Source: Eledone cirrhosa (Eukaryota). Taken from it: 64,000 nt of DNA. Below the pieces are notes generated by a model. The model searched no databases, had not been told where the DNA came from, and worked only from the letters and a program-made list of their open reading frames with translations. Within the stretch, counting starts at the first letter, position 1. Each line of letters begins with the position of its first letter. Of the stretch, positions 11,951 to 23,630 are shown one piece after another. The stretch spans positions 21,638,001-21,702,000 of the forward strand of contig OZ024764.1 of the NCBI GenBank assembly GCA_964016885.1, written 5' to 3'. A program made the position numbers and the translations under genes.

Positions 11951-12843
11951 CTAGCAGTAAAGCCCGGCGTTGCTCGGGGTCGCTCAGTAGCTGTGTTAAA
12001 GTTACAATGTTAAGTTTCTTTCTTGGCTTAAAAACTGTAGTGTCTACTGTGCAGACTTGCATGTGGTGTTTTTGATTAATATTCCCTCAACCAACAATAT
12101 GCCTTATGAAGTTAAGAAAACAACGATAACCCGAATGTTATAACAAAAGAGGATGCTGGGGATAGAAACTGCACTGGTTATTTATTAACAAAGATCGAAA
12201 ATGTAAACACTGCAACGCAGAGAAAAACATTAGCGTAACCAAATTATCAGTTATGTCTGTCTGCACGCCTATATCACCTCTCTGCACGACTGTCTGTCTG
12301 CACGCCTATATCACCTCTCTGCACGACTGTCTGTCTGCACGCCTATATCACCTCTCTGCACGACTGTCTGTCTGCACGCGTATATCACCTCTCTGCACGA
12401 CTGTCTGTCTGCACGACTGTCTGTCTGCACGCCTAACGACGAAATATTTGCTTCTTTTACGTAGTCTTTAAATAGACTTGTTTTCAAGTAAAAATATTGT
12501 TTTAAAATGCTTTTAAATGGAAATGAAGCAAAACGGAAGCTTAGTGTTCGAACTGATGAATTTTGCAGGTCAATATTTTGCTGGCTCGTAATTTTTTACG
12601 TAAGACGCTCAATGTAAACAGAACAAAGGGAAATAACTGATAACTTACGCTCAAAAATCGATACATTATATTCGATTTCGTCACATAGGGTGGGTCAATT
12701 TGAAATTTTTTTTTTCCGATGTCTTCGCTAGGGCTGAATGTACAAGTATAGCAATTTCGGTACAATTCCGTCAGAGATTCTAAGAGGAGATGTGTGCCAA
12801 AAATCGATAGACAGACAGACAACCACAGTTTTATATATATAGA
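11951..12843 (-). mobile_element. Non-autonomous Helitron (family 1), 893 bp
   Basis: Minus strand starts TC and ends CCCG-AGCAACGC-CGGG hairpin ... CTAG. Inserted at A|T with no TSD. Empty sites at 33334/33335 and 57144/57145. Confidence 0.9.
12254..12433. repeat. 37-bp minisatellite inside the Helitron
   Basis: Unit tgtctgtctgcacgcctatatcacctctctgcacgac, about 4.5 copies. Confidence 0.9.
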
Positions 12844-12892
12844 TTAAACTTGAAGAGATCTACAAAACAGTTTGTATCATCTTTAAATATAT

Positions 12893-13911
<1,019 letters not shown>

Positions 13912-13989
13912 TCATAAAAGATATCAATCACCTCAGTTTCTCACATAATTCACAGTTTTAATATTTTTCTCCTCGCAATATATAGATGT

Positions 13990-14485
13990 ATACTTTCTGA
14001 GACAGTCTTACCTCGAGTGATAGCAAGGCTAAGATGTTGGAACTACCAAACACCCTCATATGTATCACCTGACACCTCGGTAAGGAGAGCTGCCAACGAT
14101 AACAAGAACATCGTTGTCAGGGACCTATCTCCTCCAAACTTCTCCAACACCACAGACTAGAATATTCTACTCTTTATTCCCTGTCAAATATATTTCAGTC
14201 TAGTCATTTGTCTTGTATCTTGTATATGTATTTTCAAAACTAACTGTCACATTTGTGAGACCCCAGTTAGTGATGTTTTTGTCTCTCTCCCACATCCTAC
14301 AAGCTGTAGTAAAAGTGAGGGTCACTGCTTCTGTAGACGAACGAAATAAAAGTTAAACGACCAGTAATTATCGGCAAAGTATTTATTCCAGTCTGTGATG
14401 TTTGAGAAGCTGGGCTGCTGATAACGAAGTTGTGGTCACTGTTGGCGGCTGGCTTTACCGAAGTACCCGATGACTCTTGTGAGGG
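13990..14485. mobile_element. Duplicate of the old CRE remnant pair (2450-2945)
   Basis: Near-identical to 2448-2945 and 42645-43140. Confidence 0.8.
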
Positions 14486-14855
14486 TACTTAGCTGTTTGG
14501 GTGGTTTAGCCTCGATATGACAAGATTTTACTGAGATACCCGGTGATCTCTGTCAGTGTACTTAGCTGTTCTGGCGGTTTAGCCTCCACATGACATGATT
14601 TTACCGAGATACCCGGTGATCTCTGTCAGTGTACTTAGCTGTTCTGGTAGCTTAGCTTCCTTATAACCAGATCTTACCGAGATACCCGATGACTCTTGTG
14701 ATGGTACTTAGCTGTTCTGGCAACTTAACCTCCATATGACCCGATCTTACCGAGATACCCGGTGATCTCTGTCAGGGTACTTAGCTGTTCTGGCAACTTA
14801 GCCTCCATATGACCCGATCTTACCGAGATACCCGGTGATCTCTGCCAGGGTACTC
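14486..14855 (+). repeat. 73-bp minisatellite, 5 copies
   Basis: tacttagctg recurs at 14486, 14559, 14632, 14705 and 14778. Paralogous sites have one unit. Confidence 0.9.
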
Positions 14856-15202
14856 GAGTGATCCAGCACCCTACTATTTCTACCAACAGGTTATATCGAG
14901 GTATCAAGTGATACTCTTTTCAAGTCAAGACCTCCTCTGCTGTCCTCTGTCTTCCAACTGCCCTGTTATTCTACAGACTCACGAAAGTGGACACCACCCG
15001 AAGGAGAGAGAGGTTGGTGTAGTGGTCATCGCTGGCTATTGTTCAAGTGACACAGGTAAAATACACTACTTAGACTGAGGTGAAACGTCTACCGTCCATT
15101 CTTCATCACCAACACCTTACTTTCTCTATTTTAATTACATTTACTGTTTTTAACTTTATTTTTTTATTACAAACTTTACATAATTTAATTCGGTAAAAAT
15201 AT

Positions 15203-15337
15203 TTTTACGTCACAAAAAAACATTGAAGCATGTGCAGTGGTGCAGTTGTCGACTTCCTGTCCACGTGTTAGTCTTCCTACAACAACATTTAGAAAACATT
15301 TCTGTAAATACTAAACACCTGAAACTATAATGTAAGT
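15203..15337 (+). promoter_or_regulatory. Putative promoter, non-coding exon 1 and splice donor (copy 2)
   Basis: TTACGTCA, ACTTCCTGT and CACGTG retained; TGACCTTTGA deleted; GCATGCGCA mutated. Donor AAT|GTAAGT at 15332. Confidence 0.5.
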
Positions 15338-16259
15338 ATTATGTCTATTAATATTGTAGATTTAAGCTCACTTTTCACATCACAAATATATATTTTCTTG
15401 TTTGTTTCATTACTGGAAATATAAAATGTTATCGTAATTATCTATATTTTACCTACCTCTAATTAATTAAAGTGAAAAGTTATGTTGTTGCTGAAAAATA
15501 AATTAACAAAACTAAATATTTAAATATTCTAAAGGTCGTTTTTATATTATGTGATGATATAATTAATATATTTTATTACAATTGTATAAATTTACAGTAA
15601 AATAAAGTTGTAAATATGTTTTAAATATATACATAAATAACATAAGTGTGTAAATAACATTATAAATTGCTGGCAATTCCTTGAGAAAGACATTACAAAT
15701 ATATTGTCTAAACTGTGTATAATAATATAATTTATTGAACAATAATGATAAAGGAAAGAAAAACACAGTGGGAGATGGCAATTGACCACCAAACGAGGTA
15801 AACATTTTCAACTTTCCCCTTTTTTTGCTTTGTCCGAGACAACTCAAAATATTCTTCAAGGAACTGGATTTTCCATTCGGTTGGATCGAACGGATTTTAC
15901 CATTTATAATCTACGGAGAGGAATAACAGATGTTCGGAGGAAAAAAGAATTGTTTGTGGCAACAACGTAGGGAACCAACCTGGAGCAATTGTATCACACA
16001 ATTATACTTTCCTCCTTAACATACACTTACAATTTTTCAAAATCAAACCCCCCAAATATAAAATATAAATAATTATAAATGGCGAGGAACCATCCCATCT
16101 CCCTCTTGAAATAGCCTGAATCTATTTATAGTCAGGTGTGACTGAAAGGTCAATCCATACTTCCATTCTATTTCACAGAATTAGAAGCTTTGACCACTTG
16201 ATAGAATTCAGGTCCAGTAATGTAATCACTCCGTAATTGTAAACATCTTGTATCACTAT

Positions 16260-17322
16260 CATTCGGGTTTTGATTTTACTTAAGTCTTGCCCATGTTTTT
16301 TTTTTTTTTCTTTTTTACACAAACTCACAATTTCGGTTTTTACTGCGGATTTACCCATGCGAACTATTACACAAACTCACAGCCTTAGATTTTGTATTTC
16401 TAGCGTTTTTATTTTCCTTCTCTTTGCATGTTCAGTGCTCTTTCTCTCCCACTGTATTTATCTGCCTCTCACATGACCACACTCCTCTCTACGCACTCAT
16501 CAGCTTCTCCACCTTCCATCCCTCCCCTTGCTCAACCCTTATTTCCTCCTCGCGCACAGCCCACCTAGGTATTCGTTCAACCCGCCGGTGGCCCGATGTT
16601 TCGACCGAACTATCACCGGCGATTGCCGATTGCTAAAGTTGCCACCACTTTAACCTAGTCCACTCTAGGTGGCGGTGGCATGCGTCGAACGACCAAGAGA
16701 CCTGCTTGGTGGAACGACTAATGTGACAACCGGTCAGCCTTCGACCTCTCATTCTCCACCAACGGCAGCACGCACGAGAGGAGCTAACTTGCCCCCACCT
16801 ACCCCTCCTCTCCTTCACGGCAGATTCCGAACGAATCTAACCCGGCCAACCACACCACCCCTACAACTGTTAGCTCACCACCCAACCCCCGCTTTAGTCT
16901 CACCGTTAGAACGAGTGCTGTCTCCTTTACTGACTCACTCCCTTCACCGAATTCCAACGCTGGCCCTCTACTGCCGGCTGTTGCCAGCCCGCCACCTGAT
17001 TGCGCCCTCTGTGCCCGCACTAACCAGTACTTAAAGACAATTAAATGTCACCTATGCCACGCAAGCTACCACAGAAGCTGTGTCGGCATCACCAAAGCTC
17101 AAGCCGAAAGGCTTCAACACTGGACCTGTCATCGGTGCCACTTCAGCTCCGACTATTCCGTGGGGATGACCAACACTCTACCGACGACTTTGCCACAGCC
17201 CCCCCCCCCCCCCCCCCAGTGCTTCTCCAAATCAAAGCTCCTTAACCGGACCCTTAAGGGAACTCGGAACAGCTTTGCAGGTGCCCTCTCTAATTTACTT
17301 AAAAACGTTTGCTCGTCCAACA
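16260..17322 (+). mobile_element. CRE retrotransposon 5' part including PHD finger
   Basis: Matches 4130-5183. PHD at 17001-17138. Ends at a deletion junction into the ZNF leader. Confidence 0.85.
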
Positions 17323-17338
17323 TTTTTTAGTGGGAGAT

Positions 17339-18101
17339 ATGTTGAAAAATATAGTAAATTCACCATTCCACTGTGATATCTGTGGTAAATCATTCTCTAA
17401 CAATACTAAATTAACTAGACATAAACTAAGTCATGCAGAAGAGAAGCCATATCACTGTGATATCTGTGGTAAATCATTCTCTAAAAATACTAAATTAACT
17501 AGACACAAACTAAGTCACTCAGAAGAGAAGCCATATCACTGTGATATCTGTGGTAAATCATTTTCTAAAAGTAATAAATTGACTAAACACAAACGTAGTC
17601 ACACAGGAGAGAAGCCGTGTCACTATATCTTTGGTAAATCTAAAAATAGTAACTTAGCTAGAGACAAACTAAGTCCCACAGGAGAAACCATATCACAATG
17701 ATATTTGTGGTAAATATTTCTCTCATGTGAGTACCTTAACAAATTACAAACATATTCCTGCAGGAGAGACACCATATTATTGTGATGTCTGTGGTAAATC
17801 ATTCTCTAAAAATACAAAATTAAAAAGACACAAACAAAGACATTCAGAAGAGAAGCTATATCACTGTGATATCTGTGATAAATCATTCTCTCGAAGTGAT
17901 CAATTAACTATCCACAAACGTATTCATACAGGAGAGAAGCCATATCACTGTGATATCTGTGGTAAATCATTCTCTCATACCTTAACTCCCCACAAACGTA
18001 CTCATACAGGAGAGAAGCCATATCACTGTGACATCTGTGATAAATCATTCTCTCGAAGTGGTACCCTAACCAAGCATGTGCGTATTCATACAAAAGTTTA
18101 G
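17339..18101 (+). pseudogene. C2H2 zinc-finger gene, subtype B, frameshifted
   Basis: Three intact fingers, then a frameshifting deletion ~17640 relative to the 57352 gene. Further fingers continue to TAG at 18101. Confidence 0.88.
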
Positions 18102-18569
18102 TTGTATCAATATCAAACTCATTACATCATACTACAACAACAACAACAACAATTGTGTAGATCCATCATCCTTGCTAAAACTGGGGTTAACCTTGTAGGT
18201 TTTACCTAGGACAGGGATCATAAACACCAGGTTTCCATTTTTGAAGCAGTGTTTGAAGATTTTGTGTAAATTAAAGTTTTTCACATTAAACTTTCATTTA
18301 TTATACTTTAACAGGTAAGATATATATTTGTATTTTTAGTAAAGGTTGGGAACTTCTGTAATTTAAACCTGCCAATAAAATGAAAACTTTTGTTGCTAGT
18401 CAGACATTGATATTAATTCTATTGTCCTGTACATTGTCTCAAATATCACAGATTAAACAGATTTTAACAATAACAACAGAAATCAATAACTTGTAAGCCT
18501 AATATCTAGCTTCCATTTTAACTATTTGATATTGTTGTTCCCCTCCTGTCTCTTCAGGTCTTTTAGATT

Positions 18570-19410
18570 TCAACTTCTATCTACTGTACTATTCCATCAC
18601 CAAGGCAACATTCATCTGGCTGGCAGCTTACACCAGCTACAGATCTCATCAGTGGTTCACAACAGGCTGTCTGAAAGAAACTTGCAGATATCTTCTATGT
18701 CATAGCTATCAATCTTCTCCTTATCATATGTATCATGTAGAACATCTCTGAATTTATATTTAACAGGGAGATCTTTTACTGTCCCTACCCTTTTCTCTAG
18801 GTTGTCTTGTACCTCTCTCACAGTCCCTCTAGATCTTATATTTAACAGGGAAATCTTTTACTGTCTCTTCCTCTTTCTCTAGGTTGTCTTGTACCTCTCT
18901 CTCAGTCCCTCTAGATCTTATATTTAACAGAGAGATCTTTTACTATCCCTACCCTTTTCTGTAGGTTGTCTTGTATCTCTCTCACAGTCCCTCTAGGTCT
19001 TATATTTAACAGGGTGATATTTTACTATCTCTACCCTTTTCTCTAGGTTGTCTTGTACCTCTCTCACAGTCCTTCTAGATCTTTTACTGTCCCTACCCTT
19101 TTCTCTAAGTTGTCTTGTATCTCTCTCACCGTCCCTGTAGATCTTATATTTAACAGGGAGATGTTTTACTCTCCAACCCTTCTATCTCCAGATAGTCTTG
19201 TATCTGTCAGTCCCTCTAGATCTTACACCTAGTATCTAGTCTATGTTGAGTGGTACGTCCTTCTCCAGTAAAGGAGTTAATATTCCCAACCATCTGTCTA
19301 TCCTGTTTTCTGATGAGAATGAAGTCAATCTAGTTTATCTCTTCACCTGATTGAAGTAACTAGATCAAGTAACTAGATGGTTTCCTGTAAGTTAGTGTTG
19401 CAGTGTTTGA
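18570..19410 (-). mobile_element. Degenerate RTE fragment containing an 82-bp minisatellite (~6 units, 18755-19225)
   Basis: Minus strand aligns to the APE-RT linker of the 7556 ORF (KDLPVKYKF..DIEDICKFLSDSLL). atttaacag recurs at 18758, 18840 and 18922. Confidence 0.75.
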
Positions 19411-19499
19411 TTCACCATGTAAGGTTTATATCTATTAATATAGAGATGCAGTAAAGTTTTCACTGTTGTATATCTACTTTCTAAATATCTTAATAATGT

Positions 19500-19868
19500 T
19501 TCTCTACTATTTCAGAATATCACATGACCTTGACAGAAAAGAGTCTTTTAAAGACAACAGAAAGATGTTACATACAAGTGATATAAACTTGTTTAGTCTG
19601 TGGTGAATTATGGTGAAATATTTCTTCTGAATTGAGATAAATAACATTTTCCTTTTTCACTGTCTGGAATATTTACAAGATGATTTTACATTCTGATTAA
19701 ACTTTGGATATTTACAAAGGCGTTTTCAAAATATTTGGATATTGACAAAGATCACATTTGATAAAATTATGAATAATAGAAATATTTACATCAACATAGG
19801 AATATTTTCCAGAAGAGATGGGAAAATCATTATACCACTGTAATATTTGTGGTAAAGTATTCTCTCTT
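19500..19868 (+). pseudogene. Relic older ZNF terminal exon (acceptor, UTR-like segment, half finger)
   Basis: ctactatttcag|AATATC; blocks shared with the ZNF 5' UTR (gatattgacaaagat, tagaaatattt); ends [16 protein letters not shown]. Copies ~35735-36100, 38030-38190, 60670-60830. Confidence 0.65.
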
Positions 19869-20215
19869 CTTTATATGTAGAACATCTAACTAAACACTTT
19901 AACTAACAAACTATTGTGCTATAGAATTGACAAACTTGAAGAATGTTTAATAAATGTTACAGATTTCTCCAAACTGTCGTTTACTAACTTTAATTTGAAA
20001 CTATATTATGTATATACTACTAAAACTCTGTGATTGTGTCTTGTCTGTAATTTAATACAGCTAAAACAGTGCATAATGGGGAAATACTTTGAAAAGAATA
20101 AAACAAGTTTTGTATAAAATGGAGCACAGGTTCCCAAGATACGGGGTTTTCTGGGTACCTTCATAAATATAGGGAGAGAAAGAGATAGTGGTTGTGAGAG
20201 TGTAGGAGCTGATGG

Positions 20216-20992
20216 TGTTGCATGGCAGTGAGACCTGGGCATTGTGTGCAGAGGATATACGCAGACTAGAGAGGAACGAAGCTTGCATGCTCCGCTGGAT
20301 GTGTAATAGTAATATACGTGAACAGCAAAGCATAAATGAACTAAGGAAAAAATTAGAAATAAGAGGGATCAGATGTTGTTTACTCGAGAGAAGGCTACGT
20401 TGGTATGGTCACGTGATGCGCATGAAAGACGACAGCTGTATAACAAAGTGCAGGGCAATAAAGATAGATGGTAGCCACGGAGTAGGCAGACCCAGAAAAA
20501 CCTGGGACGAGCTGATAAATTCCGACCTCACACACTTACACCTCTCCAAGACAATGAGACAATGTCACTGGACTGAGAGCTTTGGCGGTACTCAGTAACA
20601 GAGAAGACCCGCCTTACCTAAATATAAAAGTAAAACCTACTACAGTCAGTAGGCATCACTAACAAAATACACCCCCGCCCCATCCACACCGCCCCTTTCA
20701 ATGTAAAGTTATGTTGGTCCCACAACATCCAGGCCGAAACAAATGAGGTCGTGTAGGTGTCACGACAAAAAACACACAGTCCACGCTGTAATGTGGCCGT
20801 GTAGGCAACACGGTAAAAACCTCCCAGTCCCACACTGTAAATGTGATTGGTGTTAGGAAGGGCATCCAGCCATAGAAAACCCGCCAGACAGTCTTATGCG
20901 AGCAAGACAACCACTCTTGCCTCAAGTGGGAAAACTCCCGTCCAAACCCACGCAGGCTTGGAACATGGACATTAAACGATGATGATGATGAT
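20216..20992 (+). mobile_element. 5'-truncated RTE LINE, same family as 7407
   Basis: LHGSETWALCAEDIRRLERNE..WYGHVMRM, 3' UTR and (GAT)n tail match 10131-10912. Confidence 0.92.
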
Positions 20993-21049
20993 ATATATAT
21001 ATATATACGTATGTGCATATATACGTATCTATATATATATACGTATGAA

Positions 21050-21347
21050 ATATATAGACAATATGCCCCCACACCTCCCACTGCAAGGTGGTCGTGGAGG
21101 TGCAACGGCAAAAAAGCACCGAGCCCACACTGTAAAGTGGACATGTAGGCGCCACGAAAAAGTACCCAGCACTCACTGTAAATGAGGTTGGTGTTAGGAA
21201 GGGCATCCAGCTGTAAAAATCAAACCAAATCAGTTCCTGTATGAGCAAGGCATGGTCAGCCGACCAGGCGCTGCCCACAACGGGACAACCCGTCTAACCC
21301 ATGCTAGCGTGGAAGAACGGACGTATAACGGTGATGATGATGATGAT
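21050..21347 (+). mobile_element. RTE 3' UTR/tail fragment, second subfamily
   Basis: tagacaatatgcccccacac shared with the 27757 element; GGAAGGGCATCC motif; (GAT)n tail. Confidence 0.75.
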
Positions 21348-21859
21348 ATATATATATACGTATGAGTATATTTTAACTACTTAAAAATTATTTTAAATGA
21401 CTTTTAAAAAATAGTGATAAAGGAACGTGACCCAACAGGTCGCGGGTGGTCTAGTTTGTTACTAAATACTAGATATTAGAGGGTCATGTTGTTCTAGATG
21501 TGCTGGAAGAGCCATTCCATCTCGTGAGGCTCACACCAGCAGCTAGCCACCTCAGCACCTATGGTGGTATATTTATTATATTATTTATTCTTTATCATTA
21601 ACATTAATATAAAAGATAATTATATATTTTTAGAGAAGAACCTCTAATTTCATATAGCTTAGGGCTTCAGTAGGTAAAAGTCTGCCCCTGCTTGTCTTGT
21701 ATTTTTTAGGGGAGAAGTTAGGGAATACTGTTATTGTGTGAAAGTTTTCTAAATCTTCTTCAGCCACTAACATGGAGAAGATATTTCAGTAAGAAGGTTC
21801 ACGTCCTGACATCTATAGCTGTTAACAATGAGATTGGAATTCATTATTAAACAAATGTT

Positions 21860-22810
21860 ATATCATCATCACTGTTTTACATCAGTTTTTCAAACCCTGG
21901 CATGGGTTAGACGAGTTATCCTGTTGTAAGCAATGCCAGGTCAGGTGACCATGTGTTGCTCCTACAGAACAAATTTTGGTTTGGTTTCTACAGCTGGATG
22001 ACCTTCCTAGCACCAAGCTTATTTACATTAAGTACTGGGTGCTTTTTGTCATGACACCTACATGACCACTTTACAGTGTGGACTGGGTACTTTTTGTTGT
22101 GACACCTACATGACCACTTTACAGTGTGCGTTGGGTGCTTTTTGTTGTGACACCTACATGACCACTTTACAGTTTGGACTGGGTGCTTTTTGTCGTGACA
22201 CCTACATGACCACTTTATAGTGTGGACTGGGTACTTTTTGTTGTGACACCAACATGACCATTTTAAAGTTTTGGCTGGGTACTTTTTGTTGTCACCTACA
22301 TGACCACTTTACAGTGTGGACTGGGTGCTTTTTGTCATGACACCTACGTACCCGCTTTACAGTGTGGGCTGGTTTCTTTTTGTCATATCACCTACATGAC
22401 CAGCTTATAGTGTTGGCTGTGTGTTCTTTACAGTGTAGGCTGGTTTCTTTTTGTCATATCACCTTAGAGTGTTGGCTGTGTGTTCTTTGCAGTGTGGGTT
22501 GGGTGCTTTTTGTCATATCACCTTAGAGTGTTGGCTGTGTGTTCTTTGCAGTGTGGGTTGGGTGCTTTTTGTCATATCACCTACATGACCAGCTTATAGT
22601 GTTGGCTGTGTGTTCTTTACAGTGTAGGCTGGTTTCTTTTTGTCATATCACCTTAGAGTGTTGGCTGTGTGTTCTTTGCAGTGTGGGTTGGGTGCTTTTT
22701 GTCATATCACCTACATGACCACCTTATAATGTTGACTGTGTGTTCTCTACAGTGTGGGTTGGGTGCTTTTTGTCATATCTCCTACCCAACCTCTTTGCAG
22801 TGTGGGCAGT
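21860..22810 (-). repeat. RTE-type tail with ~48-bp minisatellite expansion
   Basis: Unit gacacctacatgaccactttacagtgtggactgggtactttttgttgt next to the reverse complement of the GGAAGGGCATCC motif. Confidence 0.85.
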
Positions 22811-22889
22811 GAAATATCAGTAATGCACCAGCTCCAATATTCAGTAATCAGAAGAAGGGAGGTAGGCATAAAAGCCAAACTTGCTGTCT

Positions 22890-23345
22890 TCAATTAGGTT
22901 TTTGTGCCAACCCTTACCTATGGTCACATATCTTGGGTAATGACCAAAAGAATATGATTGGGAATACAAATGGCAGATATGGGATTCCTCTGAAGGGTCT
23001 TTGAAGGAACTTTTCTCAATAAAGTGCATAGCTCTGAGATCAGAGAGTCACTCCAGGTGGAGCTGTTACTTCTCCGAATTGAGAGATCACAGCTGCAATA
23101 CTATGGCCATGTGGTTAGAATGTCTGAGGAAAGAATCACTGGATAGATTTTACAGGCAAAACTAACTGACAGGAGACCCAGGGGTAGACTTGAGCAAGAT
23201 GGTCACATAACATCCATGAGCTTGGCTGGTCTCTCTGGGAGATCCAGCCAGATAAGTTGGAGTGGGTTGCTTCTGACAGGACCTGTTGAAGGGAGTGTTT
23301 GAGGACTCTGCCCCCAAGACCCTTTATGGAATAAGTGGGTTAATA
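22890..23345 (+). mobile_element. RTE (Expander/Rex3-like) C-terminal fragment
   Basis: VPTLTYGHISWVMT..LLRIERSQLQYYGHVVRM..RRPRGR. Confidence 0.75.
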
Positions 23346-23630
23346 AGAAGAGGTTGAGGTTACATCATCAACATCAGATTTCCCTGCTAGCAAGGGTTTA
23401 ATGAGTCTACTTCAACCAAGTAAGTACTGAAGTGAGGCTACTGATCTCTAGACAGACCAAGGATCTGAGACTTATTTACATAAGGTCTCATTTGCTATTG
23501 AGTGCGCAGAAAAGGTTGTCATGATTGAAGGGTTCTCCGACACTATCGTCGGGCAAGCTTTCTATGGCTAGATGTCCTTCATATGACCAACCACATTACA
23601 GCCTGTGTTGGGTGTGTTTATCATGTAGGT

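Larger units (their letters stand above)
11325..12890 (+). pseudogene. ZNF terminal-exon acceptor and 5' UTR, separated from its CDS
   Basis: ttcttttattatttcag|AATACCAGAGG at 11341; homologous to 32709-33381 and 56690-57190. Confidence 0.7.
20009..21454 (+). mobile_element. Non-autonomous Helitron family 2 with nested RTE 3' ends
   Basis: Homologous to 36244-36604; 3' hairpin and CTAG at 21451. Confidence 0.8.

Noticed and set aside
15070-15095. Hammerhead-like CTGAGGTGAAACGTC
   Set aside because: Core is not CTGANGA and there is no stem II.
16788-17341. In-frame PHD-ZNF fusion gene at the CRE/ZNF junction
   Set aside because: The PHD frame stops at TAG 17328-17330 and has no upstream ATG. 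The ZNF frame differs and has stops at 17243, 17255 and 17300, so poly-C slippage cannot rescue it.
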